Origin: Phyllobates terribilis | Lineage: Eukaryota | Reading direction: 5' to 3' | Assembly (NCBI RefSeq): GCF_046119375.1 | Contig: NW_027362943.1 | Span: 806,001 to 870,000, forward strand | DNA: 64,000 nt | In this document: piece after piece, positions 23,320-35,176 of the stretch | How the letters are laid out: each line of letters opens with the position of its first letter | Numbering within the stretch: the first letter of the stretch is position 1 | The notes under the pieces: generated by a model | Told to the model about the DNA's origin: nothing | What the model saw: the letters and a program-made list of their open reading frames with translations, nothing else | Database searches by the model: none | Position numbers and translations under genes: made by a program

Positions 23320-23972
23320 GGCGAGCGGTCCACGTGGGGGAGCCCCGACATTACAGCTTGTAGCCCAGGTAACCTTCTTGATATTATGCAGTATTTGCCT
23401 TTATTCAACTCTACACCTACCTATTTTCATACTGTGCATCTGATACGATGAAAAGCACAGTTTAGTAGCCCACATATGGCATTCAGATAGTACTGATTAT
23501 GAGTCCCCCCTGAGGAAATCTTCAAGTACTTTAATACTGCCTGTGACATGCATTACTATATGTATATTACTATGGGTATTTCTCTGTGGCTATCCGATAG
23601 TCCTCCTTATTGACATTATAGATGAAGGACTAGATATATATATGTTTTTGCTGTGGTGCTGAGGCCCCCCCTTCGTCATTTGTGGACCACATCGTCCCTT
23701 CAGTGAGACGGTTTTTTCTACATGTTATATGTCTTTTCGTATTTCTGTATTGTGCCCTATATTGACTATGTAGTAACTTTTTATACTATTTATGAATAAA
23801 AGTTAATTTTTATTATAACTTTGGGTTGATATGGTCGGATTTTTTCTCTTCAAGTATTTAACTATGTTCAAACGACCCAACCTTGATTTTCATCAGTAGG
23901 TGCTAGCTATTTAGCAAGAGACACACTATCTTTAATATGCACCGATTGAGAAACTTACATTGGACCTGTATA

Positions 23973-25563
23973 CAGTGGGTACGGGAAGTATTCAGACCCC
24001 TTTAAATTTTTCATTTTGTTTCATTACAGCCATTTGGTAAATTCTAAAAATCATTTTTTTTCTCATTAAAGTACACTCTGTACCTCATCTTGACTGAAAA
24101 AAAAAGAAATGTAGAAATTTTTGCAAATTTATTAAAAAAGAAAAACTGAAATATCACATGGTCATAAGTATTCAGACCCTTTGCTCAGACGCTCATATTT
24201 AAGTCACATTCTATCCATTTCCTTGTGATCATCCTTGAGATGGTTCTACTCCTTCACGGGAGTCCAGCTGTATTTAATTAAACTGATAGGACTTGATTTG
24301 GAAAGGCACACACCTGTCTATATAAGACCTCACAGCTCAGACCAAATGAGAATCATGAGCTCAAAGGAACTTCCCAAGGAGCTCAGAGACAGAATTGTGG
24401 CAAAGCACAGATCTGGCCAAGGTTACAAAACAATTTCTGCATTACTCAAGTTTCCTAAGAGCACAGTGGCCTCCATAATCCTTAAATGGAAGAAGTTTGG
24501 GACCACCAGAAGTCTTCCTAGACCTGGCCATCCAGCCAAACTAAGCAATCGTGGGAGAAGAGCCTTGGTGAGAGCGGTAAAGAAGAACCCCAAGATCACT
24601 GTGGCTGAGCCCCAGAGATGCAGTAGGGAGATGGGAGAAAGTTCCGCAAAGTCAACTGTCACTGCAGCCCTCCACCAGTCGGGCCTTTATGGCAGAGTGG
24701 CCTGACGGAAGCCTCTCCTCAGTGCAAGACATGAAAGCCTGCGTAGAGTTTGCTCAAAAACACATGAAGGACCCCAGACTATGAGAAATAAGATTCCCTG
24801 GTCTGATTATGACAAAAACAGAACTTTTTGGTGATAATTCTAAGCGGTATGTGTGGAGAAAACCAGGCTCTGCTCATCACCTGCCCAATACAATTGCAAC
24901 AGTGAAACATGGTGGTGGCAGCATCATGCTATGGGGGTGTTTTTTCAGCTGCAGGGACAGGACGATTGGTTGCAATTGAAGGAAACTTGAATGCGGCCAA
25001 GTACAGAGATATCCTGGATGAATACCCCTTCCAGAGTGCTCTGAACCTCGGACTTGGCCGAAGGTTTACCTTCCAACAAGACAATGACAATAAGCACACA
25101 GCTAAAATAACAAAGGAGTGGCTTCAGAACAACTCTGGGCGATTCTTGACTGGCCCAGCCAGAGCCCTGACCTAATCCAAATTGTGCATCTCTGGAGAGA
25201 ACTGAAAATGGCTATCCACCAACGTTCACCATCCAACCTGACGGAACTGGAGAGGATCTGCAAGGAAGAATGGCAGAGAATCCCCAAGTCCAGGTGTGAA
25301 AAACTTGTTGCATCATTCCCAAGGAGACTTATGGCTTTACTAGCTCAAAAGGGTGCTTCTACTCAATACTTAGCAAAGGGTCTAAATACTTATGACCATG
25401 TGATATTTCAGGGGGTTTTTTTTAAATAAATTTTCAAAAATTTCTGGGGTGCCGAGTGTACTTTAATGAAAAAAAAAATGAACATTTTAGAATTTACCAA
25501 ATGGCTGCAATGAAGCAAAGAGTGAAAAATTTAAAGGGGTCTGAATACTTTCCGTACCCACTG
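23973..25563 (+). mobile_element. Tc1 DD34E transposon, full length but degenerate
   Basis: TIRs CAGTGGGTACGGGAAGTATTCAGACCCC / GGGGTCTGAATACTTTCCGTACCCACTG with TA TSD and inner DRs; transposase has several stops and frameshifts. Confidence 0.93.
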
Positions 25564-25580
25564 TATATATTACATTAAAT

Positions 25581-26360
25581 ATGGTGGAGTCAATGAAAAT
25601 AGCTGGAATGTAAGGGGTCTTTCTTCTAGTGTTAAAAGACAGGTGATCTTTCAGTATTTTCAAATGGAAAAACTTGCTCTGATTTGTCTGCTAGAAACAC
25701 ATCTTACCTCTGAGAAACTTCATCTACTAAACAAGAAGTGGTTACAGCCGACTATCACTCCACGCACTCTCCATACTCTCGGGGAGTCAGTCACAATGTG
25801 AGTGTCTTACAGTGATAATAGATACAGAGGGTCAGTACGTATGTTTGTTCTGTAAGTTATTACTAAATCTCTATTACTAATCTCTATCTACATACCATCA
25901 CCATATTCCAGGAGAATCATACACAAAATTCTAACTATTATTGCCGTCTTCTCGCAAATCCCCTATATTATAAAATGGCACTTTAATAATATACCGGACT
26001 CTCACTGGGATAGAGGAAGGTATGAAGCTAAGAGGGTAGAAGGCAATTGTACCCCTTTTGATTACTTACTTAAGGAGACAGCTTTAATTGCTCTTTGGAG
26101 AGGCCGTCATCCTAATGTATACCAATGCTACTGTTTTTCATCCACATTCTCTTCTTTGTCGAGCATGGACTTGGCTCTTGGACATGGTATGATACAGAGT
26201 CTTATAATCCTGCATCAGTTCCTGCCCAGAGTTCTTTCTTTCTCCTCCCTGTGTCTCCCTAAGCTTAGTCTCCCAATGCAGTATACACCCACATGGAAAT
26301 TAAACCCTTTTTGGTTGCAAGTTATAGACTTTAGGGGAGCTAAAGGAGTATCTTGTGAAT
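25581..26360 (+). pseudogene. L1 ORF2 start / APE endonuclease relic, continuing the 15.8-17.9 kb L1
   Basis: MVESMKI.SWNVRG, KRQVIFQY, LICLLETHL, YSRGVS, and CFSSTFSSLSSMDL in broken frames. Confidence 0.72.
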
Positions 26361-26388
26361 AATAAAAATACAATTTCTATTTTCTACG

Positions 26389-29152
26389 TGTAGTGCCCCA
26401 AAGTTGGATGTGTATGTCCCTTTAAGATGTAGCAGAGTCAGAAGCTACCTCATTATGTTTGCACAATGTTTATATTTCCCTTTGCAGTTAATGTACATGA
26501 GGATCCAGTATATGGAATGGTTTATATATGTAGAGTGATTATTGTGTTCTGCTATCAGATTACTAAGAGTTAATGCATTCGTTCTGCTTTCCATATATGG
26601 CAATAAGGTCACATGGTTAGACCACATGCCAAGGTCCTGAGCTTAGTGCAGGGAGTGCTCAGGAAGAGAAGGAGAGAGGAGGAGACATTGTGTGGTGTCT
26701 GGTCTTGCCTGTGATAAGCTGAAGGAACAGGTATGGAAGCCCAGATATCTGCTGTATGAGAGACCACAGTCACAGCTGCAATCAGCTGTGTGATAGGACT
26801 GTACAGATAAGCAGAAGCCAGGACTCAGGTGTCACTGCACCGTTTGTGTATCTGCATTATCATACTGGAAAGTAACTGTGCTTGCTGCATTGAAAGAGAA
26901 ACTCTGCTGAATCATCTGTCTGGATTTATCTGTAGTTGTTTGCAAGAAGTAGAGTTTACCAGTAGCCTATTATCTGTCTCTGATTTCTGGATTATCAGGA
27001 AACAGAAGTTAATACAGTGCACCCTGGCATCACAAACTACATTTTTTTTTATTTTTCTTCATGCCTTAGTGTAGTGATAATACCCGCACACCACCTGTGT
27101 GTGATCTATGGCAGAGTAGTGCATCACTGGCATTACAATCTTTTGGCGTGCACGAATAGGATCCTACTAAATGAAAGGTGTGCAAGAAACCCGAGCCATT
27201 GTTACTGCAGAGCCTAATGAACTTTACATGTGCTAATGGCCGCCGTGAGAACAAGCACAGAACCAGAGTGAAGTCCCGCTGCCTTCATCGTACTTCAGCC
27301 AATTGCAGCACAGCAAACCAAATAAGGGAAAGTCCAGCCTCATACACAGGATTACAGCATCAGTGATCCTTGCAGCAAGATAGAACCAGATCCTAATAAA
27401 AAGCACAGCACCTCTGGAAGAGGGTAAGCAAACTGTACCGGCATCTGAATATAATGGAGTGTACAAGATGTCTGTCGATAAAGAGTGTGATCTGCCCAGC
27501 AATAGTGGAGCTTACAGCATGACCCACACTATGCCTATAACTATGGCCTATTATTTTGGAACACCGTGGCTCCCAAGCTATAAAGGGGATGCCCATGAAC
27601 TAAGAGACTTCAGAGAAGAGATGCAAGCTATGTTTAGGCTTTATCTAGTGTCCACAGAGCAGGAGGTGGAGATATTAATTGGGCAATTGAGTGGAGCAGC
27701 TCTAAGGGAGGTGAAATCCTGGCCCAATACTGAGAAAAGAACTGTTGAACAAATCTTTGAGAGACTTCAGAGCTGATTCCAGGAAGAATCCTGACGATAA
27801 TGCCGTTTCAGGTATCCCCTGACAAAAGGTCAGCAACAGCTCCAGAAGGTAATGTTTGCCCTTAGATGGCCATTTGGTCCCTGTTTGCAGTGGTCCATCC
27901 CACAACCAGCCTGACCACAGTATGAACTTGTTGACTCTTAGTCACTCCCCACTGAGCATATGGACTTTGAACCGCTTGAGGATGAGCCCTCATCAGGTAT
28001 CATAAGTGACTCTTTGAGAAGGTCAAAGAGAGTGATCAAAGGCCGTGTCCCAGCTAGATACCTTAACTGACTGGGTTAATGCTTTACTCTATGTACTTTA
28101 ATTGGGACTGTTAAATGAGAAAATAGCCCACCACAACAGACTGTTATGCTACAGCTCCATGTTCTTAATTTCCTTCATTTTATGCAACGTTCAAGCTACG
28201 TGCCTTCAAAGACTTTTGAATTATGTTATTTGTTCCAGGTTACAGCATTTATTCAGAGACTCACTGACTCATAATATTTCACTGTTTGCATTTTATGTGT
28301 GTTTCTCCTTATATGTTGTCCTAAAACACTTTAAGACGTTCCAGATGCATGAGGACATGCATGTTTTTAAAGTGGGTGAATATGTAGTGCCCCAAAGTTG
28401 TATGTGTATGCCCCTTTAAGATGTAGCAGAGCCAGCAGCTACCTCATTATGTCTGCACAATGTTTATATTTCCCTTTGCAGATAACATACATGAGAATCC
28501 AGTATACAGAATGGTTTATATATGTAGAGAGTGATTATTGTGTTCTGCTATCAGATTACTAAGAGTTAATGCATTCGTTCTGCTTTCCATATATGGCAAT
28601 AAGGTCACATGGTTAGACCACATGCCAAGGTCCTGAGCTTAGTGCAGTGAGTGCTCAGAAAGAGAAGGAGAGAGGAGGAGACATGGTGCGGTGTCTGGTC
28701 TTGCCTGTGATAAGCTGAAGGAGCAGGTCTGGAAGCTCAGATATCTGCTGTATGAGAGTCCACAGTCACAGCTGCAATCAGCTGTGTGATAGGACTGTAC
28801 AGATAAGCAGAAGCCAGGACTCAGGAGTCACTGCACCATCTGTGTATCTGCATTATCATACTGGAAAGTAACTGTGCTTGCTGCATTGAAAGAGAAACTC
28901 TGCTGAATCATCTGTCTGGATTTATCTGAAGTTGTTTGCAAGAAGTAGAGTTTACCAGTAGCCTATTATCTGTCTCTGTTTTCTGGACTATCGGGTGCAC
29001 AACATATCATCACACTAGGAAACAGAAGTTAATACAGTGCACCCTGGCGTCACAAACTACATTTTCTTTTACTTTTATTCCTGCCTTAGTGAAGTGGTAA
29101 TACCTACACATATGTGTTATCTATGGCAGAGTAGTGTATCACTGGCATTACA
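26389..29152 (+). mobile_element. Internally deleted Ty3/Gypsy LTR retrotransposon
   Basis: LTRs 26389-27137 and 28383-29152 (TGTAGTG..CATTACA, visibly diverged). PBS-like TGGCGTGCACGAATAGGAT at 27144; gag relic at 27459-27776; purine-rich tract before LTR2. No matching TSD. Confidence 0.85.
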
Positions 29153-29500
29153 GATGTAGCAGATCCGCGTGTGTACGAGGCGTACGGGGCAGAGCCATGC
29201 ATGTACGAGGTGTACGGAGCAGAGCCGTGCGTGCACAAGGTGTACGGAGCGGAGCCGCGTGTGTATAAGGTTTACGGAGCAGAGCCTTTTACAGAGCGGG
29301 GCATTGTGTGTAAGAGGTGAGCAGAGCCGCGAGTGTATGAGGTGTATGGAGCGGAGCCATGAGTATACGAAGTGGAGTCGTGTGTGTAAGGAGCCGTGTG
29401 TGTATGATGTATACGGAGGACAGCCGCATGTGTACGGAGCAGAGCCGTGAGTCTACGACATGTACGGCGCGGAGCTGCATGTTTACGATGTGCACGAAGT
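29153..29500. repeat. Degenerate minisatellite (GTACGGAGCAGAGCC..GTGT motif)
   Basis: The motif recurs about 10 times. Confidence 0.7.
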
Positions 29501-29799
29501 GTAGAAGAACTGACACTGGACACTCGGTAAAACTGTGCTTGGAGGTTTCTTGTTTCTCGCACAGATATTGATAACATAAGATGGAGTCAGACGAACCCTC
29601 CTACAAAACCTGATAACATAGTCATTACTACAGGACTGGATGAGAAAGGGATTTATTCTACAAGAAACGCTGGGGCCACAATGAGAGAATCCGGGCCCCG
29701 TGGCTGGATACTCCGGGCCCCCAGCGTGTTAGGAGCAGACGGGGTCTTTGTCCCTGGAGCTTCGCTGCTCGGTATAATGAGACTCTGATCTTGTTCATA

Positions 29800-30381
29800 G
29801 GCCACGGCCTCACTATCAGTATTTGGTCAGTATTCGGTCAGTAGTTTTTCTCAGGAGTGGGAGCCAAAACCAGATGAGGAACAATCAGAGAAAAGGTATA
29901 AGAGGAACAATCAGAGAAAAGGTATAAAATAAACAACTGCACCAATTCTGAATTTATCACCCACTCCTGACCTTTTCGCTGTAGCCCTAATATTTCTGTA
30001 CAGGGGTCTCTGTAGAGATAATCTTTCCCCAGCATTGTGGATTGGGAGAAGGGATTGGGACATTTTATTGTAATTTCCCTCTGGAAAAACCTATAATAAA
30101 AAATAACTGATAAAAAAGTGTTTTGTTTTCCCACCATGTTGTCTGTAGGAGGTAAAGAGCCGACACTGAAGATGCTTTATCTCCATAAGTCTACAAAAGG
30201 CCACAGCCCACTATCAGTATTCGGTCAGTATTTTTTCTCAGGAGTGGGTGATAAATGCAGAATTGGTGACTTGTTTCTATTATACCTTTTCTCTGATTGT
30301 TCCTCACCTGGTTTTGGCTCTCACTCCTGAGAAAAAATACTGACCGAATGCTGACCAAATACCGATAGCAGGGCAGTGGCC
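29800..30381. mobile_element. GGCC-ended MITE copies (one half copy plus one 183-bp copy at 30199-30381)
   Basis: GGCCAC..CAGTATT(T/C)GGTCAGTA at 29800 and 30199; the inverted version ends at 30381; AAA flanks on both sides of the inner copy. Confidence 0.55.
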
Positions 30382-30522
30382 AAAGGGGGAGGATTGGCAA
30401 CTCCGAATGTCCTTGTCTATTTTGGGATTAGGTGGTAGGAAAAGGGGCAGGTGGACATTTTGGGTTTTGTTTTGGGAGGGTGGGGGAAAGAGATGCAATA
30501 TCTGTCCATATATTGTAAATAT

Positions 30523-30832
30523 TAGTGATGAGCAAGCGTACTCGCCACTGCTCGATACTTGATCAAGCATCGGGGTACTCGGGTGTGCTTGTTACTCGTT
30601 CGAGTATAAAACCTGATGATGCAATGCGGCAGGCCAATCAGAGTAATGCCAGTAGAAAACATGGCTACGACATTACTGTGTATGACAGGCCATCCCTGCG
30701 TGTTTATTGGCTATCTAACACCCGCAAAACGTGGGGCGGGGACTCGAGCACCTCAAATATTTGATTGAAAACCCGAGCACCACGATGATCTATTAAGTAT
30801 CGAGCAGTGGTAAGCATGCTTGCTCATCATTA
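30523..30832. mobile_element. hAT MITE (310 bp)
   Basis: TIR TAGTGATGAGCAAGC / GCTTGCTCATCATTA; perfect 8-bp TSD GTAAATAT at 30515-30522 and 30833-30840. Confidence 0.9.
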
Positions 30833-30845
30833 GTAAATATATGAA

Positions 30846-31580
30846 TACAGAAGTATTTGGACAGTGACTGAATCTTTGTGATTGCAGCTCTGCAGGCCAC
30901 TAATCTTGATTTAAAATGAAACAACTGGGATGCAATTTAAGTGTAGACTTTTAGATTGAATTAAAAAAGGGGCTGAACAAAAATATCCTGTGAAACGTTT
31001 TGGAATTGCAACCATTTATCTATAAAGCCTCCTTATTTCAGGGGCTCAAAAGTAATGGACAAATAAAAGAGGTTGCCCACTACGTTTTCACTGATAACCC
31101 ATCCTTAGGATAGGTCATTGATGTCTGATGAGTCGGGGTCAGACACCCGGCCCCCTGCCCATCAGCTGTTATCGTTGTTGGCCAGAAGTACTCACTTGCG
31201 GAGCTAGCTGTCTTCTGGTAGTGGCCGCGACAGGGTACAATACATCCGCCTCATATTGTCTAATCTAGCCTTTGTATTTCTAAGGCTCACTAATGGTTTG
31301 CACCTTGTATTGAACGCTCTCTGTATTGTCTCTCATGAAGTCTTCTCTTTTATGTTAGACCTAGACACTGAAAAACACCTACTTCCTGGAGTGTTCTTCA
31401 TTTAGGTTGATATTATAAACAGGCTTTTCTTCACCATGGAAAGGATTCTGTGATCATCCACCACTGTTTTCTTCAGTGGATGTTCACAACTTTTTGAGTT
31501 CCCAAGCTCACCAGTGAACTTTTTTTTGCAGAATGTATCAGTTGATTTGGCCACTCCTAACATTTTTGCTATCTCTTTGG
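30846..31580 (-). mobile_element. Tc1 fragments
   Basis: KSTKEIAKMLGVAKST..VVDDHRILSMVKK HTH-region relic; AAGTATTTGGACA terminal-like motif. Confidence 0.65.
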
Positions 31581-31990
31581 TGGACTTATGTGCCGTGCAA
31601 TGTTTCACACGCACACATAGGCTTATACATGCGATCCGAATCCAGAATGCTGCTTTTTTTTTTCAGTCCGATTGCGATCCGATCAGGGCTGGAAAAGAAA
31701 TGCCACTGAGCACACTATCATAGGAATAAATTTATACGAGTGCAATCCAATTTTTTATCCCATTGCAGTAGTCTGATTTAATTGCAAGTGAGAGCGAGCC
31801 CTTAGAAATATACTTACTTAGAAAATTGGTGAAGTGTTCAATACTCATTTGGATATTGGTTTTTGGATTAAAGATTAGTGTCTGAATATAATTTTAATTC
31901 TAATATACTGTATCCAATGTTTAAACAGCAGAAAAAAGGAAAAACATTTTTCATACTAATTAAATCTGCCTTGATAGTGTAAAGTGGAGA

Positions 31991-32632
31991 TGTGTGCAAC
32001 GACTCAGTGCCACTTGTGTGGTGGAAGGGGGGTGAACTATTCTTAATTATGCCAGACTTACTATTCCTGTGTTCAGTAAGTCAAGGAACATGAGCCATTG
32101 TTTCATGTGAAACTGTCCTGTGCCCATTTTTGTATGCTAATTTGTGGAATGTCTGCTGATTACGTATTGCATTAGTCTCCTGTGGTGTACTAGTCTGCAA
32201 CATCTGAAGGATAATTAGGCAATCTAATTGAATAATCAAAAATAGGAGTTGAGGGTTATAAAAAGGGGTCTGCTCCTGTGACCAGTGTGATTCCACAGGA
32301 CTTCAGCCAGTGGATTTCAGAACTGCTCAACACTGAGCCCACAAATTTGTTTTGATAACCCAGGTTGTGACAATTCGGTCACCTGGCTACATATTTCGCG
32401 GTGCTCGGTCAGCTTCCTATGCTAGCTGCTATCTCCTTTCTGCGGGTGCCTGTCAAAATCTAGGTACTGCTGTTTGGGGTAGTTGGCCCTGAATGTCCCA
32501 ATGTCGCAGAGGTTCTAATTCCCAGCAAGCCAGTGGGTATGTTATATATGCTGTTAACTGTCGGTGAACAATAAAGTCTTACCAGAGTGTGGTACCCTCA
32601 CCCTGCATTGTTTGAGTATTGTTATGTCCACA
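31991..32632 (+). mobile_element. Possible solo LTR
   Basis: TGTG..CACA ends; TATAAAA near 32257 and AATAAA near 32569; flanks GGAGA / GGAAA (1 mismatch). Confidence 0.45.
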
Positions 32633-33324
32633 GGAAACGTGAACGGCAATCAATAGGATGAGCTCCGGCCCGTGCGGTGTTGTTAAAGACAGCCAGGTGA
32701 GCACATAACACTGCTGCATGGACATACACACAACACTGCAGCATGGATAGTGCATGCATACCCAGCTTTGCTATATATGCACGTTTATATACACATACAG
32801 CTCTGCTACATATGCACAGTTGCATACACATACACTTTATATACATTTTCCCATTTTTCAGTTCCATCCAGGTCATGTGATTGATTATATGATCTGAAAG
32901 GTCCTTGAGCTAGTCGGGTAGATGGTTCTTTAGCTGCTCACTCAGGATGTACAGCCTCTGTGCAGGTACTAGTACCTTCCTTTCCTGCACCAATCAGATA
33001 AATGTGGGGCTGGAGGAGAGTAAGCAGTTCTCTCAGTGATCAGGAAGGACACTGTCTATAAGATGCACTCACTTATTAGCAAGATTTTTTTCTTGCTTAA
33101 AAGTGTGTTTTATAGTCCAAAAAAAACAAACATTTTTAAAGTAATTTCCCTTTCTCATTTAATTATGATTGTCTGTTATATGTTTTTGTACAATTTGTCA
33201 ACAACATATATAGTTTCTCCGCCGACTGAGTTATTTTTGATGGTCAACAAAATACGATTTTCCAGTAATTCTTTTTCACACTTGGTATGATAATGGCTTC
33301 TCTCTGTGTGGAATTTTTGATTTC

Positions 33325-33790
33325 TAAAGGGGTTTTCCAGTACTTGAACAATCTCTTCTCATTCCTCATGCTTGGTCCTGTTAAAAGAAAGACAATTATA
33401 CAAACTTCCCATGCTTGTGCTGTTCCAGTGATGTGAGCACTTGCGTTTCTGAGGCTCATGTGACGTTGTTACGTCATGTGAGCCCTGCGGCCAGTCAGCA
33501 TTGACGTCACTGTCCCCACTTTCGGACACATCGAACAATTAAAGGAAGTCAGAAAGCAGCAGCTCTGGCTTTCTGTTGATGTTTAATACATCTGAAGGCG
33601 GGGACAGTGAAGCCGATTGAAGCTGATTGTGAAGGAACACGCATGTTATGTAACAACTTCACATGAGTCCTGGAAACACGAGTGCAGATACCACTGGAAC
33701 GGTGCCGGCACGGAAGGGGAGTATGAATGTTTTTAATTTAACAAGGCCAAACATGAGGAATGACAAGGGATTGCCCTATAAGTGGACAAT
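33325..33790. mobile_element. Degenerate T2/Kolobok-type MITE downstream of gene 2
   Basis: TAAAGGGGTTTTCCA left end and GTGGACAA right end; decayed. Confidence 0.4.
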
Positions 33791-33902
33791 ACAATTTTCA
33801 GTTAAAACATTTCCAACATTCTGAACATGAAAAAGGCTTCTTCCCTGTGTGACTTCTCTAAAGTTTATTAAGAGTTGTATTCCATATAAAACATATCCCA
33901 CA

Positions 33903-35176
33903 TTAAGACCATGAAAATGACTTCTCCGCTGTGTGAGTTCTCTGATGTGTAACAAGAGTTGATTTATCTACAAAACATTTTCCACATTCTGAACAGAAAA
34001 AAGGCTTCTCCCCTGTGTGGGTTCTCTGGTGTCTATCAAGAAGCGATTTAAAGTTAAAACATTTTCCACATTCTGAACAGGAAAAAGGTTTCTCTCCTTT
34101 GTGGGTTTTTCGGTGGATATCAAGATGTGCTTTCCGGGTAAAACATTTTCCACAGTTCGAACAGGAAAAAGGTTTCTCTCCTGTGTGGGTTCTCTTGTGG
34201 CGATCAAGATGCCCTTTACAGTTAAAACATTTTTCACACTGTGAACAGGAAAAAGGCTTCTCCCCTGTGTGGGTTCTCTGGTGGTCACCCAAAGCTGATT
34301 TCTGGTTAAAACATTTCCCACATTCTGAACATGAAAAAGGCTTTTTCCCTGTGTGAGATCTCTGGTGTATAGCAAGAGTCCGTTTCTGTTTAAAATATTT
34401 CCCACATTCTGAACAGAAAAAAGGCTTTTCCCCTGTGTGAGTTCTCTGGTGCATAACCAAAGCTGATTTCTGGTTAAAACATTTCCTACATTCTGAACAG
34501 CAAAAAGGCGTCTCCTCTGTGTGAGTTCTCTGGTGCTTAACCAAAGCTGACTTACGGTTAAAACATTTCCCACATTCTGAACATGAAAAAGGCTTCTCCC
34601 CTGTGTGAGTTCTTTGGTGTATAACAAGATCCCATTTCTGGTTAAAACATTTCCCACATTCTGAACAGGAAAAAGGTTTCTCCATTGTGTGACTTCTCTG
34701 ATGCTGAACCAAATTTGATTTCCATGTAAAATATTTCCCACATTCTGAACATGAAAATGGCTTCTCCCCTGTGTGACTTCTCTGGTGTCTAGCAAGACCT
34801 GATTTCTGGTTGAAACATTTTCCACACATGGAGCAAGAAAATCTTTTCTTCACTGTGTGAATTTTTGGATGTTTAAGAACAGAGTTTTCGAGGAGAAAAC
34901 TATTTCCATATTCGGTTTGTGAAAATGGTTTCTTTGCTTTAGGAGCAGCTCGATTTTTAATGCTTATTTCGTGACTTGGATTTTCCTTAGTGTTCGGTAA
35001 TGAATCAGAAGACAGGACCTGTTTCAAAGTATCAGATGATTGATCTTTGCTGTGAAGGGATGATGGTGTATCTGGAGTAATGGCATTCACTTCAATTGTA
35101 TTCTGTGGTATCTCAAGCTCATCTAATTTAAAAATTGAAGATGTCAGCTGTTCCTCTGATCTCAGAGTACAGTCAT
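33903..35176 (-). CDS. Gene 2 last exon, C2H2 finger array
   Basis: 11 fingers with TGEKP-type linkers, preceded by one degenerate finger. Confidence 0.94.

Larger units (their letters stand above)
19117..23964 (+). mobile_element. Full-length Penelope-like retroelement (Neptune-type)
   Basis: Uninterrupted RT-GIY-YIG ORF. Identical 167-bp direct repeats at 19117-19283 and 23798-23964. TSD (A)CCTGTATACAGT at 19104/5-19116 and 23964/5-23976. Confidence 0.93.

Noticed and set aside
26384-29157. TSD for the short LTR element
   Set aside because: The flanks CTACG and GATGT do not match.
31120-31160. CTGATGAG as a hammerhead core (also CTGAGGA near 23511 and CTGATGA near 36578)
   Set aside because: No downstream stem II plus GAAA; the 36578 motif may be a truncated relic but cannot fold as a ribozyme.
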